From assembly GCA_002633005.1 (NCBI GenBank), contig NMRA01000214.1:456414-520413 (forward strand): DNA of 64,000 bases, written 5' to 3'. Position 1 is the first letter of the stretch, and each line of letters opens with the position of its first letter. Source of the DNA: Phoronis australis (lineage: Eukaryota > Animalia > Phoronida). Positions 39,278 through 64,000 of the stretch are shown here, in pieces. Both the position numbers and the translations under genes were made by a program. The notes beneath the pieces are model-generated. The model saw nothing but the letters and a program-made list of their open reading frames with translations, was not told the DNA's origin and searched no databases.

Positions 39278-40622
39278 GTAGCTCGCAAACAACGCGGAAT
39301 TGCAAAACAATCTGTTTGGATGGCAACACTTTTGGAACACATTTGTGGAGTCTGTTGTAAATTTGCTTTCAAAATCTAACTTTGGCTCCTGTGGAGCTGT
39401 GCCTATGCCCCTGGCCTGGGTTGGGAGGAAAGTGGTGGTTTTGCGTGGGCTGAAGGAATCCCTCGCTGACATTGCTGATTACTTCTCCGATTTCTCCCGA
39501 AAGCCTCTGGATGCTCTGGTAGTGAATACTCAGACCTTTTGATGATTTGAAACCACTGGTGGCAACTGTGTGGAAACTTGTGAAGAACGAATGTCGAACG
39601 GTGGATTAGATTATAGAATTGGCAAAAAGGGAAGTTGGTTAACAGGTGGTGCTCTATGTCATGGCACTAAAAGGGAAAGCTGAGGCATATGATTACTCCG
39701 TAAATGTAAAACTGCAGAATAGTACACTAATCTCTTTATATTCCTGTCACAAACACCAAGTTAGTTCACTCAAGGAAGATCAGTGTTGTTTTAAAAAAAA
39801 TTTGTCACTGTGTCAGATTTTGTTTTGCTCACTTTCTACCCAGGTCATTTGTATATACAGCTTGGCACCAAGGCTAGGCTGAAGAGAGACGCCACAAACT
39901 GCTGACTGCTCTCTATATGCTAAGTACTGTCACATGTGCGAAGACGAAGAAGTTTCCCCTTCCTGCTTATTTGTAGGCTGTTTGCTTGGGCCCTGGTCGT
40001 GAACATGGGACATAATTTTCTTTCTTTGTACATGCTTGAATAGTGACAAAAACTGCTCTGATGAATAAATAAATGGAGCTGTTGCAACACCATGCAGGAA
40101 GGTTGTCTCAATCTTTTTAAGACCTGTCATGAAATAAAGGAAGTTCCATTGCCTGTTATCCAGTGCTAGTCAAATACGCCAAAAGTCACGTGAAGTTGTC
40201 AATCTCACGTCTGGCGACACTTTCGTCAATCACTAGCTACCCTGTAACTGGGTGTTGCTTGAACCATAACATGATCTCAATCGAAAGTCTGGCAGCGGCC
40301 CATCACAGGGTAGTATTCTTTCAACAAGCGTGGTGTGCAGTGGCCAGATTGAGAATCTTACGTGACTTCCAGCAGATTTGACTTTTGCTCAATAGACAGC
40401 AGTGGAAGTCCCTTGAACGCATGTAGTGTACGAAAGGTTATGTTCTGGAAATATCGAGATAAGCTCCTGTGCCCCCTGCGACCTCACAAAAACTTATTGC
40501 TCATCTCTTGGTACCTGAGTTTTTCAGTTTAAATTAGCCGAGCTGTAGTTTAACACTACATGAAAAATTGAACCTAAACTGGATGTACAACAGATATTCA
40601 TCGAAGTGCTTCCTTTACAGGT

Positions 40623-56643
<16,021 letters not shown>

Positions 56644-57045
56644 AGAATGTCAGAGATATTTATTTGAAAAAGTCTTTTAGAAGCAGTGTTTTACTTACAG
56701 CCAAGTTACAGAGAATTGATGAGACGTGCACGGATTGCTCTATTGGTCACTGAGAAAATGAATCTTTGGATACATGAAGCAAAATCTTTGAGAAGTAATT
56801 CTCAAGTTGCAATAAACGTGCCAAAATGTCAGTGAGATTTGCATGTTGAAGTCTGCGCGAAATGTTGGCACAAGAAGAAAATGTGAAGTAAATGTTACCA
56901 AGCCTTTGATGATGTCCATGACTCTACTTGAAGCAAAATGTGTTAAGATTTAGCTGTAAAGAACACCCTTCAAGATGTGTATTGGCAAGTGCTTGGAAGG
57001 TGTGTTCTGCTGGTTGTTGGTCTTAAAAGTGTAATCATCTTTGAC

Positions 57046-57213
57046 AGTGCGGTGGCTGGTTTGGGGATTTAGGGGGAGGGGCAAGGAAGCCATGCTCCCC
57101 CTAAAATTATCTCAGATTCCATTTGGCAGATCAGGGGTGCGAATGCCTGCTGGGCAACATCCTGCCTAATACTCAGCCCCCCCCCCCCTAACTTAAAATC
57201 CTGGATCCGTCAC
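57046..57213. mobile_element. Degenerate copy of the 5-bp-TSD element family
   Basis: Interior CTCAGATTCCATTTGGCAG...GGTGCGAATG...CTAATACTC...AAAATCCTGGATCCG matches 38596 and 46331; ends are decayed. Confidence 0.7.
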
Positions 57214-57758
57214 AAGTTCCCATCAGCCATCAGCTGTGTTTATGAGATACAGGTGGGAGGTGATTCAAGGAAGTAACTTTGGGAAACGTGGGAAAATTGT
57301 GCGTGGCTTTCATGTGTATTTGGAACTGATTAACGCATTGGTGTCAATTAAAGGTTTCTTTGATTGTAATGGAAGGTTAATATTAAAATTCCAAAACCCA
57401 GTCTCCTTTGTTGGGTCTGCTGTTTTGACATAGCTAAACTGTCAGTTTTACAATGTATTTCTATCTGTAATAGAACAGGAGTAAAATATTGCATTCATAA
57501 CGAATTTCCTAATCACATACATTATTTGTCACATTTCACAAATTTCAGCAATAAAAATAATTAAGTAAAACACATGGATTTCATTGACTGCCTTGTATTG
57601 TTTTAGAAAACAATGTACAAACGATTATTTGCGTGAACTCATAACTTAAAATCTACTTCCCCAAGTATCATTTGTACTGCTCTAAAGCACTATTCACATT
57701 GCTAGTTACATCTAATCCACCTCTTTGATTATACTTGTATAACATTCATGCACGTGTT

Positions 57759-58184
57759 GGGCCCGTTTCATGAAGCATTGCTTTAGTTTTAAGTCTCAAG
57801 TTTAATTAAAGGGACATTAATGGGTAGAAAATGATTTCTGTGATCATTCTCAGTACGGATTTGACCATATAACCCCCGCGGTCTCGGTGTAATGCTTTGC
57901 TTGCAGAGTGAAATCCACACATAAAAGTCAGAGTACTTGACTGCTAAAGTCATCAGGCCTTAATTTCAACGAATGTCTGGCAGACAACAACGAGAAGTAG
58001 TGATTTGTGAATAAAAAGCAAAGATTTTGTTGTTGATGGCTTTGCTCAAAACTAGCAACTTCAAAAGTATCCATCCAACAATGATTCCCCAAATGTGATA
58101 TTCGGCCATATAAACCGATAACATCCGTATAACTGAGGCAACGTATTTTTGCCGTCAAGAGCAAAGGGTTCATGAAACGGGGTC
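57759..58184. mobile_element. Harbinger-like MITE
   Basis: Imperfect TIRs GGGCCCGTTTCATGAA...TTCATGAAACGGGGTC. Confidence 0.55.
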
Positions 58185-60954
58185 GTGAAGTCATCAATAG
58201 TGATTTGAGAGTAACAAATTGTTACATATATACTACTGATGAAACTGAATGAGTTAGAAATTCTCACCACTTAGTCGGATGTTTTTATGTTTTCGTAGTG
58301 CATGCTTATTACACCATGTAACATTAATAATAATTATAATAATAAATATGTAACTTTGTCGTATTAAATTACACTAGTCGAATTTATTTTGACTTGAATG
58401 TTCCTATCTGTATCAGGTCGCGGTCGACGCCATGCCCGCGGCCGATAGCCTACCACATTATTCAAACTTTTCTCTCATGTTCCATGATGCATAAAACTTC
58501 GATGTAATGGAGCAGTAGGATTTTTCCTTGTCCGACTACTGGAATAATCATACGTGACGTACGCTGTCGCTTTCGTATGTAAAATACGTAGATAATTAAA
58601 GCTTTTAGTGCGTTATTTTCACCGGTAGAATATTTTAGTAGTCAGGTCAGATGTTGCGCACACGCACACAAGTGCAACACTTGGCGTGTGACGTAACAGA
58701 ATTTGGCTACGTGTTTATAGGGTACATCTACGTAGGATGTCGAGCGTGAGTACGTGCGCGGTGCACAGTAATTACATGTACAATTCCTCCGGCGAAAGTG
58801 AGCAAGTCAAACCTAGAATAGAACACCTTGTGCTCCTTTGATCAGACGCAGTTGGTCTACCGTTTCATCCGTCGGCGGTCTTGCATACCCTCATAATTAC
58901 CAGCATTCGCCCGATTCTTACTGAGGCACAAACAGGCGTAAATTAATAGAAAGCAAACTACTGGTCCATCGACGAATATATTGCATCTATCACCTTGCAT
59001 CGCAAGCGTTAATTATAACCGGTGCTTGGAAGCCTTTACGCACAACCAAAGCCCCGTTTCATAAATCATATTTTTATAGTTTGAAATCCGATTATTGTCA
59101 GAACGTCGATAGCAGTGATCTAAAACGAGTTGTGTCGTGACGCGTGGTGGCGTAACTCCACCTCTGGATTTATTTTCCTAGCCTTAAATTTCCCCTCGTT
59201 GACAGATGATGTTTGCTTATGTGCGAACCTCAGTCATAGGGCCAATAATTGTGATTGAAAGTCTTATGGCTGAAGTCCGAAAAATATTTCTTTGAACAGA
59301 CGTTATTCTTCCGTCCACTTTTGTGGGAAACACACGTAAACTGGTTTGCTTACTCTACCATATTAGATATCTAAATTGGTTGATGAAACCGTAGATTCGT
59401 GTATTCGGTACTACAAAAATACCCGAGGTGTTCCGGATACACCTATGCGACAGTCTTTGTCGGGCAACTTGCGCCTTTTGAAGGCGAGTTGCACGGAAAG
59501 CAATTCCCAAAGATGTTTAGACATCAAAATAAATCACGATTTCAATATAATAAATGTGACACATTGCTCGTATTCTTAGAGGTTCTTAAAATTATGTTGA
59601 CATATATGTGCAGTGTAAACTTTGAACATGATAGTTTTATACTTCAGTAAATTTTGATTAATTACCCGAATTCAAACAAACTTCAATTGTAGCAATTTCG
59701 ATTTGACATCCTTATACATGTATTTGGTTTTAAATACTTGCTCTTAAAATGAACGAAAGCGACTTAGTGCTTTATTCACGGGGTCTGTCACTTTAAAACT
59801 AATTCGATCCTTAAATTGCTGATAATTTTTTCATCGTTCGGTCTCACTGGACTTTCTTAATAAGCTAGAAGTCAACCTCTGTTTCCAATAAACGTACTAT
59901 CAGACGGCAATTTATGAAATTCGTTTAAAAATTCGACCGGTGTTAATTCGTAAGGTACTGTAATAGAGACACATGCTGATATTTTTATTAAGTTATGTTG
60001 AATCTTTTTAAACGAATGCATGGCAGCTGTTCAAATGAGCCATTTAAACAAAAATGTGCACTTTTTGTACTTTTTGGACCAAAAGCGTTTGTGTAGTTAA
60101 TTTCCATCTGAAAAGGCGCACAGCCGCTCCAAGTCGATAAAGCAAAGTATACCGTTTTCCTGTGCATAGCCGCACCAGTCGACCGTGCGTAAATATCCGC
60201 GCGGTTTGCGTGCATTGTTCAGGAGAATTGGTTTTGAATTGAAGCTACGAGAAACTTGTTCCCCAACGATGAGATCAGTGGGGAGTTTATAGCTTTTATT
60301 ATTTGTTCCTTCAACTTCATCAGGGGGAAAGGGTGTGACAAAAAGTTGATCCAAAACACAAAGTTGGCCACAAAACACATTGAAACAAATGGAAGCCGAT
60401 GCAAATGACTTTCACTCGTGATAAAATGAAAATTTATTCTCATACGTGACTATCTTCTTATCGTTAAGTGAAAACTCTAACTTTTTTTCTTCCTGTGTCA
60501 AATGGTTCATAACGAGTTCTTAGATTTTAATCAGGGCACTGTCTGCGATAACATCACTTCCGGTTGAGTAAAATTTTCTTTTCAACATGGCCCATTATGA
60601 AATTCAGATTTGTTTTAATATCAAATGAACATGAAATATAACCTTTTAAAGATACTTAACACTGTTTCGGCAAATTGAAAAGGTATTAACTACTATCACT
60701 AAATAATACCAACCTTTAAAAATTTGGACCAAATTCGAAAAGTTCTTGCGCGTTTGTTGACAAGCGTGACGAACGCTTGGACCTAGTTAATCGACGGTTA
60801 TTTGAGAAACCCGCTCGATTTCAGCAACCGTATCCTAATTTTGGCACAAAAAGTGTTTTGGTGAATAATGTCGCCCTCGTAAATGACTGGCAGAACCAGT
60901 TTCGGATCACTAAAACAGGGTTTAGTATCTTTACAAAAATCTCTGGAAAAAACA

Positions 60955-63770
60955 TTACACGCACTGAATCTTTATCTCCTTTGTCCAGACCCAGTAGGGG
61001 TCGTCACGTGACTCGCCGGAGTATATTGCAGGTTTAGAGCCGGGGCAGCAGAATACCCCGTGGTGATTGCTGTACTTATCCGTGTACATATCTGCGAAGC
61101 CATGGTTTGGGTACAAGTCCGTGTTGGCGATGTAGTGACCTCTCGGAACACAGGGTTGGATGACTCTCTTCCTCAGCTAGAAAACAAAAAATCCGTTAGC
61201 GACTTTTCGGACCATAATGCAAAGAACTAATGACGAAAATAATAAGATCAGTTTCTGAAAATTCCTGCTTGGCATAATTGTGAATTGTTTGGTGTCCGAT
61301 AGAGACGACTTCATCAGTTCACATCACTAAGCAGGCGATCTCTTAGTGCCGAAGTGGAAATTAAAGATTCTCCAGAATTGTTATTTCTTTCAAGACGTCA
61401 TGTTGAATTTTCATAAAGTCAGTGTTAAAATCCTTAGGCACTGTCAAGTGTCAATATTCACATGTAGGCTGTAATGTCACGTGGATCTGACTAGGTTAGC
61501 CTGCTGAGCGTGAACTTGGAATAGTGCTTGATATCAAGATTGCGGATGCCTGAACTTGGAACTGAATATTCATTTGTGCAATCAGGTGAATTTTTTTGTT
61601 CAGTGTAAAGAATTTTTGCAATTGTTGGCCACACGATTACCCATTTCCTTCTTTACCGTAACTTGTGCCAAATAATGGGAGGTTTATGTTAATGGTTAAA
61701 TCAATTATATTTTGGTGAATAAGATCGCCACTAAATAGTTGAAAATTTTTTGGCTAAAATTTACTTTATTTTGTTAACGTGTTATGGGCGGCGCAACATA
61801 GGGGGCTGGGGGGGGGGGGGNGGGGCTATAGCCTCCCACTTGTTTCAGTGCTGCACCGGCCATGCATGTAATTTGATTTAGTGCAGTGCAAATATTTGTC
61901 AACGTGAACGTGGTTATTTAAGTGAACTTATCAGGCGTTTCGGCGTGTACTCCCAAGTTCACGCATTTGCGATCTTGAGATTAAGCAAGATTCCAAGTTC
62001 ACGCACTGCAACCCAACTGATAATGAATGGACTTTACTGGTGGACGAAAACTTGTACGTGTGCTTCCCAACAATACTGATCACTATGTACGGTATGGTGA
62101 CGACAGGGCACTTTTAGTTGATAAACATTGTTTTATCTGCAATTCATTACCTGTTGACTTACTGTACATTTCCTTCTTCCCGGAAAAAAGGTCACTGGAA
62201 GCCTAGCTTTTGACTCCCCAACAAAAATATCGAGAACATTTATCAGGCATTCTCAGTTCCGTGACTTCGATGGCTATATAGCACAAGTACGTCTCCACTT
62301 CACTGACTTCATATCCAGCGGGTATTTCGACAGATTTGTTTAGATTTTAGATGCACCAAATGTATAGTACAATTCGATAAAAAGAACATTTCAAAAATGC
62401 AATCGTAAACTTTTTGTTCCTCACGTTTTTGAAAACACGGAGTGACAGATATATAAACTAAACAAAGGTCTGTTGTAGTATGGCCACGATCTGTTAGGAA
62501 ACATTCGATTTTCAAAAAGAAACCTGTGGAGTACGTCTTAATTTCTGAGCACGCGCATGTGTAGAGTACCTCGGGTTGCCAATAAAAGGAACCCGCGCTA
62601 TCCTGGTACTTACATGCCTCTTGCAACCTAACACCGACCTTATACAATTGTTTAATCCAGACCAGATTCGGCGTCATTATACCATTTCTCGTCCTGTGCC
62701 CGACAAATTACACCGAAGTGTGCTCCAAGTGTTGTTTTAGTTTAAAAACTGGAAGTATGCCGTCTCGAGTCTTATTCGATTACCTTCACAGTTTGTGCAC
62801 GCTAATGAATGCTCGAATTTTATCCGTTCCAGAGCTCAAGTTGACCCATCGGGAAACCGTATCGTCTGCTACTGACACACAGACGACTACCGTCTGCTAC
62901 AGACACACATCAGACGACCCGTTGTGCTTTACGTCAGTTGTCGGATACAGGTGTTCTTCGTGTTTGTTTAAGAATTTAATATTCTCAAAATACACAGTCT
63001 CCCTGCCAATTTATGAAGATCTAGGCATGTAATCACGACGATTAAACAGACAAGGGTTATCGTCAATAGAAGTGAAATTGCACAGTTTGTCTAATATTTT
63101 ACTTAATGTGAATCTTATGTCAGCGCTAAATGAATGAAACTGAATCTGTCCTGTCGGGCATAGGTATTTTCAAAATGTGCGTTTGGACCGCTGGTCTCAT
63201 ACAGGATAAAGGAATTGGTAATTGCAGCCTTTGTTGTCAAGCTCTGTAAAATGCTTGTAGTCATCCTCAGTCTACACCCTTGGTGCAAGACAACACACGC
63301 CAACTATCTTTAACTACTCCTACGAAGGACCAATATTAGTTGAACCTGGAACGTTTTAAGATTCCGAAACTAGTGTTGGGCCGCTCGGGTTAATAAAATC
63401 ATGTTTTTGGAATTACATTTTCGCGATGTGCGTGCCCTTTTTTGTTTTGCGATTTTTCAAAGATTCTTCTGTTGTACTCTGAGCTGTGCTGTTTCTTCAA
63501 TTTTGTTGTCCAGAATACTGCGACAGTCCCCTAGCAACTCATTCAAAATATTCTTTAACTTACCACACACTGGAAGGTGTAGATGAAAATATATCGCACA
63601 GCCATGACTCGCTTGGGGTCACAACAGCGCATTGAAGGGCAGTCGACGGCGGCGAAGTTCTCCTTCCAAACGCCCGTGTTCCAAATGCGACCATGGGTTC
63701 GGATGAAGCCGGCGTTGTAGGTGTCACAACAGTCTTTGTCCGCGTAACGCCTTGTTCGCTTGAAGTGTTC
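60955..63770 (-). CDS. Uncharacterised Cys-rich peptide precursor, last two exons; 5'-partial
   Basis: Exon 63770-63564 (acceptor TTCTCACCAG, donor GTG/GTAAGT, 69 codons) reads EHFKRTRR-YADKDCCDTYNAGFIRTHGRIWNTGVWKENFAAVDCPSMRCCDPKRVMAVRYIFIYTFQCV. Exon 61176-60955 (acceptor TTTTTTGTTTTCTAG, 73 codons + TAA) reads LRKR-VIQPCVPRGHYIANTDLYPNHGFADMYTDKYSNHHGVFCCPGSKPAIYSGESRDDPYWVWTKEIKIQCV*. Both are phase 0 and join in frame. Confidence 0.78.
61495..62015. mobile_element. MITE with repeated subterminal inverted motifs and a nested GC-rich element (~61783-61864)
   Basis: GCGTGAACTTGGAAT (61508) pairs with ATTCCAAGTTCACGC (61990); second motif copies at ~61548 and ~61952. Nested ATGGGCGGCGCAACA...TGCACCGGCCATG. 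Outer boundaries approximate. Confidence 0.6.
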
Positions 63771-64000
63771 CTGGTGAGAAGTCGCAAGATGCATTGTTTA
63801 TTAAGTTTATTTGTCGTTTGATTGATGGTGTGAACAACCGAAAATTATCAAGTCGAGTTTTTGATGTTGCAAAGCGCTAGGTAAAGAAAACGGCCGGTAA
63901 GTTAACAAGCCAGTAGGAAACTAGTCTAAGGTATTTCGCATACGACTGATGGGATTTCAGTTAAAGTCCAAGTTTTTACCCGAGTTTTGATGACGCAAAC

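Noticed and set aside
39176-39472. Minus-strand 98-aa ORF ending at a donor-like GA/GTAAGT
   Set aside because: No recognisable motifs or linked exon; it lies antisense to the probable METTL25B first exon.

Overview
Intron-rich, AT-rich animal genomic DNA, probably from a marine invertebrate deuterostome (inferred from gene structure and repeats, not proven). It has scaffold gaps and three probable haplotype-overlap duplications next to N bases. Five spliced genes could be reconstructed by hand: (1) the 3' part of the nuclear receptor NR2E3/PNR (+); (2) a complete five-exon FAXC/metaxin-GST-like gene (-); (3) a large, unrecognised type I membrane protein with signal peptide, furin site, Cys-containing ectodomain, Ser/Thr-rich stalk, SEA domain and TM helix (-); (4) METTL25B/RRNAD1 (+), with a long Cys/Ser-rich insert; (5) the last two exons of an unrecognised Cys-rich precursor (-), in which two related modules each follow a furin-type site and end in QCV. 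Gene 5 is the best novelty candidate. The window also holds many short non-autonomous DNA elements (5-bp-TSD, TA-TSD, TTAA-flanked, Harbinger-like), minisatellites and an intronic repeat array with co-oriented CTCF-like motifs. Most entries in the supplied ORF track are spurious or exon fragments.
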